Source of the DNA: Massalongia carnosa
Lineage: Eukaryota
DNA length: 64,000 bases
Direction of reading: 5' to 3'
Assembly: GCA_965645245.1 (NCBI GenBank)
Contig: OZ287071.1
Span: 682,001-746,000 of the forward strand
In this document: in pieces, positions 38,501 through 51,413 of the stretch
How the letters are laid out: each line of letters starts with the position of its first letter
Position numbering within the stretch: position 1 is the first letter of the stretch
The notes under the pieces: model-generated
What the model was told of the DNA's origin: nothing
Database searches by the model: none
Seen by the model: the letters and a program-made list of their open reading frames with translations, nothing else
Program-made: the position numbers and the translations under genes

Positions 38501-40315
38501 CAGTTGATCCATGCCTTGGTCGAATACCCGAGATAGGTTGATTACTCTCGTCCGAAAATTCAGAAGAGTCGTCATACCCGTTGATAATACCTTCGCAAGG
38601 CTTGCATACTCGTAGAGAGTTAGGTTGCCCAAATTGGGCACCAGAAACCAGAGATGTACACTTTGCGTCGAATATTTGACCACAAGTTCCTTACAGTTAT
38701 ATTAGAACTCTTCTACTTGGCATGCAAACTTTTAAGGACGAAGCTTACTGCAATGGTGTTTTCTACGAAAGGTTGAGAAGGGATCACCACAGTAGAAGCA
38801 ATCCCTTGCATTTTCATCTCTCATCCAATATTCCTTATTCAAAATCTTGCTTTTAATCTGAGAGAACACGTTCGTTGCCCTCGAATCACCCTCCTGCGTG
38901 GAAATTTTTGCTGAACTTGATTGCAAACCTGTCGAGGTCTGGCGGACATTAATATCACCAAGTTGTTCGTGGCTTGCTCCATTTTGTTGTGGAGTCGTAG
39001 ACGGACCATTGAGAGCAAATTCAAAAGACGGCTTCCGAGGTGAGCGCCGATCCCGAAATCCAGGCTGATTTGTCTGTAAAGGTGCTGTAGATTCCTGCAA
39101 AGGTAGCTCGAGATTTTGATATTGCTTAACTTTGTCAGGTTCGGCTTTCGGCTTATCTTTATCACCTCCTATCGAAACTTCTAAGGAATGCTCTCGAGAG
39201 GTTACAGAGTTTGTAAAAATATGCGGCGCTTCTTTCGTATTCCTTGTCAAACTGGATGGACGCTTAGCGGTAGGTTGAACAATGTCATCAATTCCATCGA
39301 ACCCTGAATTCTGAAAATAATAATCGTCTACTATAGTTCCAGGCTCCTGGGGAAGCTTCAGGTCTTTAATTGTATTCATATCGTTCGAACAGCCAGCAGT
39401 AATCACCGCACTCTCCAAGAGAGGGTTTTGTATGTGTGATATATGGCCGTTGCCGCTGGCTTCTAACACTCTTGGACCGTCGCTAAATCGAGAAGTTTGC
39501 TTGTCGGCTTTTCCGCTCATATGTTGTTCTACCAGCGGACCTTGTGATAATCTTTGTGAGGCTGAAGGAATATTGACAGTGCCATTTAAAGGATTATCTC
39601 CGCTGGAGTTTCGATCCTTGATCGCGCTAATATTAATCTCCGCCACAGCGGGACGGGCTGTAGTTCCCAAGCCCCTCTGGGTTAGAGGAAGAAGGGGCGA
39701 ATGTAGAGCAGAGCTCGAGGAGAAGGCTGTTTGCAATGAACCGCCAGCGACTCCCATGGAGGAAAGCTTTGATGGTTTCGTAGATTGAATTTTATCCACA
39801 GTATCTGACTCGAAAGCGTCTCTTTCAGGAACTGACTGCTGTCCAGGATCTGAGCTATGATTTGTATTAAGGGATACGGCCGAGGGACTTAATGGTTTGC
39901 CAACATCAACAAAGTGTCTTGTAGATGGCACGGTACCGGGATTTGCTAGCTGATGGCCTTTGAGGATTTGATCGTCGGTGTTTTCTTCGATTGCAAGCGT
40001 GACGATATCCCTAACACTCCCTACAGAAGCCCGAATCCTACTATAGAGCCCGCTCAAGCCTCCATGGAGCTCGCTTGCTATCCCTTTGCCATCTCCACCA
40101 GACGACGAAAATGGAGGTGAAGTATACTCATTGAACGTTGTCAAACTTTCCGACTGGCTGGCGGTACTATGTATTTGATCCAGAGCTTGCGCTAGAGTAT
40201 CTTTGTCCAACCGAGAAGGGTTCGATGATGATGCAAGGGAGCCTCGTCGAGGATGCTGAAGCGGAAGGAAAAGTGAAGAGGCGGACGAGTTTTCGCCGTC
40301 GGGCTTGCTCATCAT
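32540..40315 (-). CDS. FAB1: 1-phosphatidylinositol-3-phosphate 5-kinase (Fab1/PIKfyve), 3 coding exons
   Basis: FYVE finger (WMRDE...CFYC...FRRKHHC/RTCGQIF...RVCKPC), CCT-like domain (HYVKLKKIPGG), PIP-kinase domain (GGKTKSVFLKT, FDLKGS, MDYSL, IIDCIRTYTWDKKLE). Introns ~38690-38749 and ~32655-32734. Confidence 0.97.
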
Positions 40316-40954
40316 GTTCCGGGCGTTTGGCTGGTTCACTCATAGTGTTTTTAGGTCTTATGAAGGTCAAGGTTTAGTTTCAGTAGAAGCTTCAGGAAGT
40401 TGAATCAGAAAGGCGGCTTACCGAATGAGTCTTGATACAAAGAGGAATCGTATGGCGGCCGAAGCGTATGTCATCAAAGAAGGAATTACTCATATTACTC
40501 AGCCAATGAATAGATAGAGCATTTATAAAATCCGTTGATTCGGAGACTTCATTGTAGGCTAGGGCAACAGGTGCAGAATATATGGAGTATACTGTCTATA
40601 CCAAGACTGAACGGAGAAGAGATAAATACGTGTTATGTAAACAAGGGCCTCGGCAGTATCTCATAAGTGAGCTAACGTAAGAGAGCGACTTTTCAAAAAG
40701 CCTTTTTCTTCACTATCTCCGACCGAACGGCTTCGAAAATTCAGTAGAATTCACAGCTACGCTTAATTTGATTGTTTAGAAGCTGACTGGAAAGACCTAT
40801 AGCTGTGCGTTGACGATCAATAATCATTTTCGGCACGCAGATTTTTCGCTTGGACATGTGACGACTCTAACGGTTTCAACTTTCCCTATGTTTGCAAAAG
40901 AAATTGTTCGGCAACGGATATTGATTGAGGAGCAGTTGATTTTACTTGATTTTG

Positions 40955-43900
40955 ATGATGGATTTACTGAAAGAATGGCTTGGTCCAACGATTGAGCGGG
41001 AACTTAATGCAGCAATACAATGGAGGGAGTGCACACCAAGAAGCACTCGATTGAGTGACGATAACCGTTACGAAGACGACGGAAGTAATCTTCGAACCAA
41101 GCTCCTAGCTAGCGGAGTGGTTCAAATAACAAAAGTTTGTTGTACACCTAGAGAAAGAACACATAACATTATTCTGATCCTGTATTTCATTTGTAGCTTG
41201 TGAGATTCAAGGACCCCATTGACATTTGGATCTCGGACTCCTCTACGCGCCTCAGAGCCACGATAGCGGCTTCTGCGGCTCAGAAGTTCTTCCTAGAAAC
41301 CAAAAAGCGAATAACCCAGGACACCCTTGGAGGACTTATTCAGATTTTAGATTTTGAAATCGTGGCTACCCATCTGGGACCGAGAGAGTCTCGGCTTACT
41401 CTCTTAATCAAAGACTTCAAGAGCTTAGGTTCTGAAGGATCAGGATCTTTCGGAAGTCCACGTCCGATTGAACTCAACAACAACATCCAACAGTTTCTCC
41501 AACATCTTGCAGAATTTCGAGCACAAGAACCGAAGGATAGGTGGCAGCAAGCGAGACCACCTAGCTCAGAAAGAGATTTGCCGGTCTACTCTCAGAAAGA
41601 GTTTGAACCATCTAGCGATGACGGTCCTATGGCCAGTCCACAGGCCTTTGCTACGCAAGTGCCTCACGGTCAACCTCGGGATACAATAAGGCTAAGGTTT
41701 GCAAAATCACCAGGCTTATCCGATCAGCAAGATCCTTGGACGAAGACCCAGCAAGTTACCATCGAGGACCCAAGTTCTCAACTACAAAATCAAAAGGTAA
41801 CTTTACTAGATTTCACACCAGGGTATACTAAAACTATGGTACTTAAGAAAGGTACATCGTCTACACTCCCACCGCATCAGCCGTTGGCAGGAGCACCGAC
41901 AAACGAAACAAAGAAGCCGGCGCACCTTAAATCTCTGCAAAAGTTTATTGATCAGAATCAACGACTCGGGTCACTCCCACAACCTAAATTAATATTTAAC
42001 GCTGTCACACCCGATCCTATGATCAAGTCTCGTAATGAAGGTTCGAAAGACCCCGAAGTAATGGTACAGCCAGAGACCAGGGTGGGCGGCAACGATAAGC
42101 CCACGGTCACATCCACCGACTTGGCAAAGTTAGAGGAGGATAAACCCATATCACAGGAGATGTCAACATCGAACGAATTGCCAAAAGGTGACCATTTCCA
42201 TAACAAGACGATTAGAAACCTAGCAGATTCAGTAGCTATAGATCATGCTTGCCTGGCATCATCAGGGGTGAGCCGTTTTCATCTGACATTGCCACTCATA
42301 GATTGACTTGATACCAGTTTGCCAATAGAATCAGTAGCAAGGACATAAGAATTTTAAGTGCCCAACAAAACTTGCTTCAACGTCCAGATTGTAAGCAACC
42401 CTCTTTACATTATTGTTTCGATGCTGAACCCTTCCGTCGCGCAGCTTACATATTTATCCAGCAACAATGCTGACAAATTCTAACAGCTTGGATTCCAGCA
42501 GAGCCTGGACAGAGTCCCCCGGTTGCAAATGTCCCAATCGAGACCCTTCAAGGAATCAACCGTCTTGTTGAAATCCATGAAAACCTTACGCTGGAACGAA
42601 AACAAACGAACGAGCAGCCGCTTAGAACGATGCTACCACAGCGCGGTTTGCCGGCTCTACTAGTAGGCATTGGGAGCCAATGCCAATCCGATTCTAGGAC
42701 CTCTGTGTCACCCAGCGCATGGCCTCCATCATCTCCACCTCAAAAAATCCGCGAAGAGCTTCCTCCTGATAGTAGTATGGAGACGCCAACGCAATCCAAG
42801 GTATTTCAGGAAAAACACATTGAAGAACAGCATGTCCAGCCAAACCCGCGAAGCCCATCAAATACTTCAGTATCTTCGGACTCTGTGATTTTGATCCGGA
42901 AAAAAAATCCACGTGCCTCTAGAGAGTCGCCAACCCCACTCTTGTCGTCGCCATCTCGCTTTTCAGCCTCAGGTATAAATGACCTGCGGCCTATCAAATG
43001 CCCTGTAGATGGATGCACCAAATCATGCATGAAGGCTCAATCTTTGAAACTGCATAATCACGTAAGCAAGATTTCTATAAAAAAGAAAGTTAGCTCTGAC
43101 TCCTATAGAAATGTCATGGTGGATCAGTTTCACCCCAGCTTCGAAGTGGAACTGATACCTCAAATTCGGAGGCTTTGTTGAGTTCGACAGTAAATTGGTA
43201 TGCCTGCTCTAAATCCCAAAAAATCCTTGATGCTTCCGGCGATGTAGCTTCACAGAGATGTGGATCAGAATGTTTCACACCTTCAAAAGAGAGACAAACG
43301 AAGCTTACCAGCATCAGCACTTCTTCAACAGTTCCAAAAAAAGATAGAAACTCCGACTTAAATCTTCTTTCGCAATTCCGATCGACCAATGGTCTGATAA
43401 ACGAGTTTCAGCAAGCTGAAAGCTGCCTTGCTGAGAAAAACGTAAATCAAGATATCGCAAGCCCATCAGGCGTACCATTTAGCGAGCCTGAAAATTTTGA
43501 AAATGGTCCACAAAGTTCTCCAAAGTTCGGAGTCGCTGTGCCAACGACTCAGCAGCGGGACCCGATCTACTTCAAAAATTCCGTTGAGAATGATATCAGC
43601 GTCAATGGGCATTCAACAATCTTATCTGATACCCAGTCTTCTAATCGAGGATCAAGTTTCTCTACGACATCTCAGCCAGCGGATTCTATGGTTCAGGTGA
43701 AAGATACTCCGTATGTAAACGGTCAGATATCTGATGTAGGTGTGCAAACCTTCCAGCTACATGCGTCACCATCTCCATCAACGACGACAAATATTATTGT
43801 CAAGGACATAAAGCGCAAAATATCCGAAACTGTGTTATCCCTGCACAATGTCACTAAAAGACGGCGACGACTCATACCCTATAGCCAGGTAGAATTTACT

Positions 43901-45601
43901 CAAGTTAATCAAGACATGCCTGATCCGTCAGTATTTGCTCGTCGATACCGTCAAGAGTTTCTTGAATCCCGCAAAGATCCGCTGTTACTTCCCAAAGCGG
44001 AAGATGTATCTCTTAGCCCTCAAAGGAACGGAAAACACGAGGATTCCACACTGAATACAAAATTTTCATCATCTGCTTCGGAAATCCAGCAAGATTTGGG
44101 ATTAACTGTCAATGCTAGGTTATCAGGGTTGCAAGGTGTTGACGGCATGCAGAGTAGTATTGCGCCTAGTGAGAATCTTCAGGCTCGGCACACAAGGTCC
44201 CAGACACCAATAGAGGAATCTTTGGACATAGCTATGTTGGATGTAGATACGTATGGCGTCGCGGAAATGGTCCCCTTTCCGAATGATATGGGCATTGGCT
44301 GTGCCAAGCCTTCAGCGAGCGCCAACGTATTTAAGCGATTCAAAATAGCTTATCCCGATTATTTAGGAAACATGAATCAATTTGTTGCCATCTGCCTCAG
44401 AATCCAAAAGCTGGTGGATGCTGGTCGTGGGGAACACCAGACTCTCTGGGATGATTTCATCATCCGGCACAAGACAGAATATCCGAAATACTGTGCCCGG
44501 TGTATTGACGATGCAGAAGATGCTGTCCCTTATGAGCAGTTTTATCGAAAAGAGATTGATGTAGCCCGCTACAATAAGCAAGTCATCACGCGTAAAACCC
44601 TTCAAGAAGCATTAGCTTTGGGAGTTAAGGGTCGCAAAAGCGCGAGGCCTCAGCAGCAGGCCAAAAATGCGACCGAAGAAGCAAATGCTCTGGATAGTAG
44701 AAGCAACGAAGGATTACCAGCCCAATTGGATATTCCACAGAATATACCAAGACATGAATCGCCGCACGTCTTCATAGACCTTACTATCGATAATGAAGAG
44801 CTTTTAGATATTCAGGAGCCATTTAATCTGCCTCGGATAGCTAATCAATCTTCTCCTACGCTTTCTTGGGTAACACCAACCAAAACCAACGATGACATTC
44901 CACCAAGTAAATTTAGTACTGAGGTCTCATTATTGTTTGAACCTGAAATTCATTCAACCAAGCCCTTGAGACCGCAAATCCAACCTAAACATCCCACAAA
45001 AAAAGAGGTCGTGGAATCTAGAAATCTTCCGAATTTTAGTCCATCAAAAGCTGCAGCTATTGAAAGAGTAAATCTCAGCGCTTACAATTGCAGCTCAACA
45101 TCTTCAGGCACAACGCAGGGCGAAAAAGCCTTCACTAGCGCGAAAAATGGCATAAATGATCATACTATCCAAAGCCCAGGAAGCTCAACTGAAGTTTTCG
45201 AGGTGAGGAGCGGATCGGATGATAGCGCGAAGAAGGCTCGGACTAAATACGCCACAAAACCAATTTTCAAAATACCTACCAAGCTTCTTGGCCCAAAGCC
45301 TACCCGCCAACGTCGTGAAAGTGAAGATTCGTTATCATTGGGTCGGCAGGCTCGAGCAACCCAGGACGCCTCTTTATCTAGCAAGTGCAATAGTGGTGAA
45401 ATGTTGCAAATTGAGGAATCAGATGCGGCGGAGGAGATGATCTCCAGCTTTGCCAAGGCTTATCTCGCTATCAGACCAGGGAACGGGAACAGCTACGCGC
45501 AAACCAAAGGCACAGAATCCAGGAATGAAATCAAGGACAGGCAGGAAGGTATACAAAGAGGGTTCAGAAGACTTGATATTTCAAGCTGGCAGTTGAATTA
45601 G
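40955..45601 (+). CDS. Telomere protein with N-terminal Est3/TPP1-type OB fold and long low-complexity C-terminus, 5 exons
   Basis: MDLLKEWL...DDGSNLR...VQIT.../ISDSSTRLRATI...KRITQDTLGGLIQILDFEIV...LTLLIKDFKSLGSEGSGSFGSPRPIE; conserved-looking block FKIAYPDYLGNMNQF...HQTLWDDFIIRH. Four canonical introns join the ORFs in frame. Confidence 0.75.
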
Positions 45602-46022
45602 TTGGATCTGACCCTATTGTAGTAAGGTTAAGTTATTATGTATTCTTGGTCGATGCTGTGGCTCCTGGTGAATATTTGGAAGGTTGTACATAACACATCA
45701 TACAGAACATCAGACTTCTGGTAGGGAAGTGATTCTGTTGCAAACGTGTAGGTTGAATTGGTAGTGAAATATATTTATGAGGCATGAGTCATTGAATGGG
45801 CAAACCTTATCTTCATCAATCGGTCAGGAACTTATGTATATGCTTTCCTGAAGATGACTACAGAGGGAGACCTGGGTTGTCTTTCTTAGTACGCCGATAG
45901 GTGAGTCTGGAGATGGAAGAATTACTGACCGCTTTTTAAGCAGATGTTTTTTATTATATATTTCTAAATAAGTTTTGATCTCAACAAGCAACCCATCATC
46001 TTGGTGGATTGGTCAGCTTCAT

Positions 46023-46108
46023 GGTCGCCTAGTATAGTGGTTATTATGTCTCCTTTACAGCTTGATTGCGTACGGAGAAGGTCGCATGTTCGATCCATGC
46101 GGCGATCA
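46023..46108 (+). tRNA. tRNA-Val(TAC) with ~13-nt intron
   Basis: Acceptor stem GGTCGCC/GGCGATC+A; D arm TAGTATAGTGGTTATTA; anticodon stem TCTCC/GGAGA with TT-TAC-A then intron; T arm GCATG-TTCGATC-CATGC; TTTTT terminator at 46112-46116. Confidence 0.93.
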
Positions 46109-46315
46109 AAATTTTTGTCTTATCTACACAGTACGTAGAGAAGGATTTAAACATCATTTGCCGATAATTTGAAATAGTTGCCTCCTCATCATGTCAACGA
46201 AAATTTTTGAACGTCATTGGGCTTCAAGAAACAACTAGATATGATAACATAAAATAAGTCCCCATCACCGCTTCACTGTTTATATCAAAAGCTCAATCAC
46301 GATCTTCAAACTCAA

Positions 46316-49300
46316 ATGTCTCAACTCCTAAAGGTCAGTTAGGGGAATCATCCACAAACATGAAATGCTCACACTAAAAGGTGGATTATATCTGTAGCCC
46401 AACAACGGCTCTGGCATTTGCAAAGCTAGAATCTAGAATCCTGGTTTTATCAGGCGAAGGTCTATGGTTGCGTGTCTTTGATCAACAAACAAATAGATTG
46501 CTCTTATCAAAGCGCGTTTTTGGTGCTCAGGCAATACATGGCATTGCATGTTCTGCTATTATATCACTGATTCCTGGCAAGCAACGCTTTATCCGAGCAT
46601 TGATTTGGGGTGGCCGCTCTATATGTGTTTCTAACATTGCCTGGGATGCAAGTTCGCCCGATTTGACCTTGGAAGACGTAGTCCCCGAACTACAAGCTGA
46701 AGACTGGATACTTGACGCATGTTTCAAGCCTCCATCTGCCAGCAGCAAGAGTGATGTTGATTTCTTTGGCGCTGTGCTTATTACTTCTCACAATGTTCTA
46801 CTCTGCTTGTCTACTCGAATTGACCCATCTTCGAAAGCCGGAAATTGTTCATTGCTCAATCGTGTCGCGGCTGGCCCGAGATCTATTCTTTATTCTGCCC
46901 ATGTACTTTGGCCATTAACTGGGCTTGGACTAGTTGCTGCCGGGACTGTTAATGGAGAGGTTCTGTTTTGGTCTTTCCTCAGCCATAACTCTACGGCTGA
47001 ACCAATCCTATCATTTTCTAGTCGTTTACACAATACACTCCGAGGCCATGAGGGCTCTGTATTTGGCGTTAGGATTTCTGATGAATTCTTCGATGCAAAA
47101 TTAAACAGATCTCGACGGATCCTAGCAAGTTGCAGTGACGATCGAACTGTTAGGATATGGAATATATCATTATCTACTTTTGACGTGATAAAAAATGGCT
47201 CACGGAAAGGATTCCTCAATACAACTCATGGCATCTTTGATGAAGACCTAGGAAACGGCAAAAGCTTAGCTTTAGCTACTGCTATGGGCCACGCTTCTCG
47301 AATTTGGGGCCTGCGTTTTCTCGGCCAAGTCGATTCAAATTGGCACCTCTTATCCCTTGGAGAAGATAGCACCGCGCAGATTTGGCGACTTCAAAGACAG
47401 CCCAATACTACAACATCCTACCAAGAATCACATAATGCAGAATCTTTTCTGCTTCAATATCTCTCTACATATAAATTTCATTCCGGAAAAAATATTTGGG
47501 CAAGCGCAGCCTACAGCCACCCGGATACTAGCATATTAATTTGCAATGGAGGGGCGGATGGTCGTATTGTATGTTTCACCATTGGGAAGGATCTAGCAAA
47601 AGTTGGCCATACTTTACAGTGTTGGACTATAGATGAAGTAATCAAAAACATTGACAATGGCTTTGCATCACATCATACAAATATGACAGCTCCTGAGCGA
47701 GTCGAACCCTCTCCTGGAGACATATTCATTGCTTTGGAAGGAAATTGGAGGCTCTATCGAAATCTAAAAAGTGCAATCGCTACATATCCGTCAGGAATCT
47801 TTGAAGGTACTGCAATATTTAAAAAAAGGCTTCCTTCAGATGTCCTATATGATGCAGAGTACCTGTATATTGAGGAAGGTAAATTCACCACAGGGCGGGG
47901 TCTTTCCTTTGCAGCAACCAGACGCTACGTGTACCGTCATCAGAAAGATAAAGATATGATAAGTGCGTGGTTCGTAAAGCCAGATGACGGAACGGTTGTT
48001 GACTATCTTTTCCACGAACTGGACTTTGTAACGCAGGTCGGTGCATCCGTCGGACTAAATGATGATAGAAAGGCATTGGTCCTCCACGCACAGGGGTATC
48101 ATCTGTGTATTGAAGATATCTATCAACCTGTCTATAAATTTCGATTCAAGCATATGAAGTTAGATACCTGGAGCTTGAAATACACCGTCAAAGGGCCCAA
48201 CAAAGATTATACAGCGGATTCATGTTATGCTCGGGAGACTTCGATCAAGGATTGGAAGCATCGACCAGATTTAGAGCGAATTACCAAAATAACACCAATC
48301 ATGACTGCTTCCAGCGAAGATACTCTTCTATTCCGGAAGCCGACGTTGAAGCTTGGCTCGTTTAAAACCTACACCTGGGTAAACGACCATGAGTTTCTTG
48401 TCTCAACTGAACAAGGCGGACTCCTTCTTGGGACCTTGGGTAACTCGAGGAAATTTTGTACACTGCCTATGGAAGACAGTTTAACAGGAGTTTCCTGGGC
48501 AATAATAACAGAATTGGATGACCTGAGAGTTTGTTGTATATTAACAAGGATTCCATCATATGAGATGGTGATCTTCGCTGGAAGACCGGGCACAATATAT
48601 ATTTACAGACACCACGATAGATCAATATACTCCCTAGCCAAGATTGCGGGAAAAGTTGACTACATGAAGGTTCATCTAGTTCATAATTTAAGAACTGGCT
48701 CATCCAAAACCTATGGGCTGTCTAACGCCCTTGTCCCAATCTCCTGCTTAGCTTCCTCGACAGTTCATCTCTACTTTATTGAGATATCTACGGGCACCTC
48801 AGTTTGCTCAATCTTACAGGAGTTGGTCCTCAATCGGTCGCGGAGCTTCATCGTCACGAGCTCATGTTTCATTGAGCGGGAAAACATAATGATTCTAGGC
48901 TCCAGGAATGGCGCTCTCGCTTTCTACAACCTTCATTCAAAGGAAATCAGTGAAACCAGCCTCGCAGTCTCTTTGAATGTAGAACACATACACGGGAACG
49001 ACGCTGTGACGGTGATTGACGAAGTGGCTATCACACCAGCCGAAAAAACTACTAATGCCATATATATCGTCACAACAGGTAGAAATGGCACTTATGCTAT
49101 TCATCAGATCAGGTTTAATGTTAAAGCTAGCTTGCAAAGATCGGTGGACTTCCAAACTGTGCATGTAGGCACACCTCCACTAGGACCTCAAATCGAAGGT
49201 GCCTCCTTCCACCAAAGTACTAATGATCTCTTACTGTGGGGCTTCCGAAGCCAGCAGTTCGTGTTGTGGAACGAGTCCCAGAAAACAGAAATTATGAGGG

Positions 49301-50792
49301 TGGAATGTGGCGGCGTCCATCGAAATTGGGCATTCTCTCTATCGAGAGATGATGCTGGTGGAAGTTTGGTATGGACGAGAGCCTCCACTTGCCATATCCA
49401 GTTTCAGCCACAGGCTTCCCACCGAGTTCTACAGTACGGGGGTCATGGTCGGGAGATCAAAGCCATGGCATTATCGCCTCTGATAGCAAATAATGGCCTT
49501 GAGCATAGATATATTGCAACCGGCGCGGAAGATACCGCCATTCGCATCTTCGACTATTCTGCAGCCGAGAGCAATCACTCCAAACAAACGTTCAACTGTT
49601 TGGGAATTTTCACCAAGCACACTACCGGGATTCAACAGCTCCGATGGTCTATTAACGGAGAATTTCTTTTCAGCGCAGGTGGTTGTGAGGAATTCTTCGT
49701 CTGGCGAATTCGCCCTGTCCCGTGCATGGAACTCGGAGTGATGTGTGTGGCCCAGTGCCCGCCAGTGACGGAGTCATCCGATCTGCGAATTATGGATTTC
49801 GATATAATTGGGATCCGAAACGGAAATCGCCCAGGTAGCGATTCCAATGCCAACGCATATCTCCTGAGCATGGTATACTCGGATTCATCGGTGCGAGTAA
49901 GTTTCAGTCCCCCCGTGACCATAAATGAAAGGAATCTAACAGCCAGAAACAGGTCTATACCTACAGCTCCTCCGCACCCCTGCGCCCATTCACCCTCCTC
50001 TCCGAGGCCTCGTATACAAGCCATTGCCTCCTCCAATCCACCTCACTCCGCTTTGGCCAATCCTTTTACCTCTGCACAGCAAGCACAGACGGCCACCTCG
50101 CGTTCTGGCCGCTCACGGCTCTCCTGTCTGAGAATGGAATCACCGCAAGCACGGATGGCAGCCTCACCCTCCAATCTTCCCGTTTCATTCCGACACGGGA
50201 AAAAAACTCCCAGCCTATCCCATTGACATACGAAACCCGCACCAAACTCCACCAAAGCAGCATCAAAACCCTCACATCTTTCCTACTACCTCCCACCACC
50301 GCCCTCCTGGCCACAGGAGGTGACGACGGCGCGCTGGCATTCACCATCGTCACGTACTCCCCCATCTCCTCGCCTCTCACCTGTTCCGCCTCCCTCCTCC
50401 TCCCCCGCGCGCATGCCTCCACAATCACAGCCCTCGCCCACCTCCCCAGCGCCACGCACGTGACCGACTATGGCCTTCACCATCATCATCAACATCCCCA
50501 ACTCACCATCATATCGGTAGGTAGTGACCAACGACTCAAGAGCTGGCACGTGGGCATCGGGCTGGATTCGGAGCGGACTCCTCCAGGCGCGGCGGGAGGG
50601 AGCCTGAGGGTGCGGAGAGGGGGGAACGTGCATTGCAGCGTGGCGGACGCGGCTTGTTTGGTATCTTTTTTCGAGGAGGGGAGGGATGGGGAGGGGGGGA
50701 CGGAGAGGGTGTTGGTGGGCGGGATTGGGGTTGAGGGCTTTGCGGTTGGGGGGGAGGGGGGTGAGAGTGAGAAGGGGGATGGGGGGGACTAG
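46316..50792 (+). CDS. RTT10: WDR6/Trm734(Rtt10)-like WD40 protein with an internal DUF6314-like insertion, 3 exons
   Basis: SILYSA, GHEGSVFGV, LASCSDDRTVRIW, MGHASRIW, HSGKNIW, LWGFRSQQFVLWN...CGGVHRNW, GHGREIKA, ATGAEDTAIRI, DLRIMDF, HQSSIK, SVGSDQRLKSW. Introns 46334-46380 and ~49897-49952. Confidence 0.88.
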
Positions 50793-51413
50793 GAGTGAAA
50801 GGGGCAGATAACGTAAATAAGTAGGCAGGCATGGTCGATAGGCAGATAGGCAGAAGAAGCTGGATCAAGTAAACGAGTGAAGCGGACGGGCATAAAAAAC
50901 CAACACAAGAGCAATGGGTAAAGCGGAATATCGCCATGGAAAGCGGGGTTCCTTCTTCTCCCACGTCTTGGGTTGTTGGTGGGCTGGCGATGAGTTGGAT
51001 AGCGAAAAACGGTTCCGTTCCATTTCCTACCTACCTACCTCTTCTTATCCCTACTTACTTACCAAAGCATGCTAAAGCCATCGATCAATAAATACCTCCT
51101 CCTCCTCCTCGCTAATTCTCTCTCTGTGCTTGTGTGTATGTAGGTATGGATGGATGGATAGATGCAAGCTTCCTTGTCATCGGTCTAGGGAAAAAGGGGG
51201 AAAGGGAGGGGGGGGGACAAAGAAGAAGAAAAAGGAAAATAAGTCACGAGGATCATGATGATTGATGTGAATTGGTTAATGGGATTGATTGATGCACGCT
51301 AGGATATCTACTTGTTCACCCCCCTAAGAAAATAAAGGTAGAAAATGCATTCGTTATCCACGTCCCTAAAAAACGCCCTACCCATACCAGAACCACCGTG
51401 TTCAAAAAAAGCC

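Noticed and set aside
40405..40476. Minus-strand TGATGA...CTGA pair resembling a box C/D snoRNA
   Set aside because: No terminal stem, no rRNA-antisense guide recognised on that strand, and it straddles a probable FAB1 5'-UTR splice donor.
46023..46316. tRNA gene directly upstream of a tRNA-modification cofactor gene
   Set aside because: Known Trm7-Trm734 substrates are tRNA-Phe, -Trp and -Leu(UAA), not Val; the adjacency is probably coincidental.
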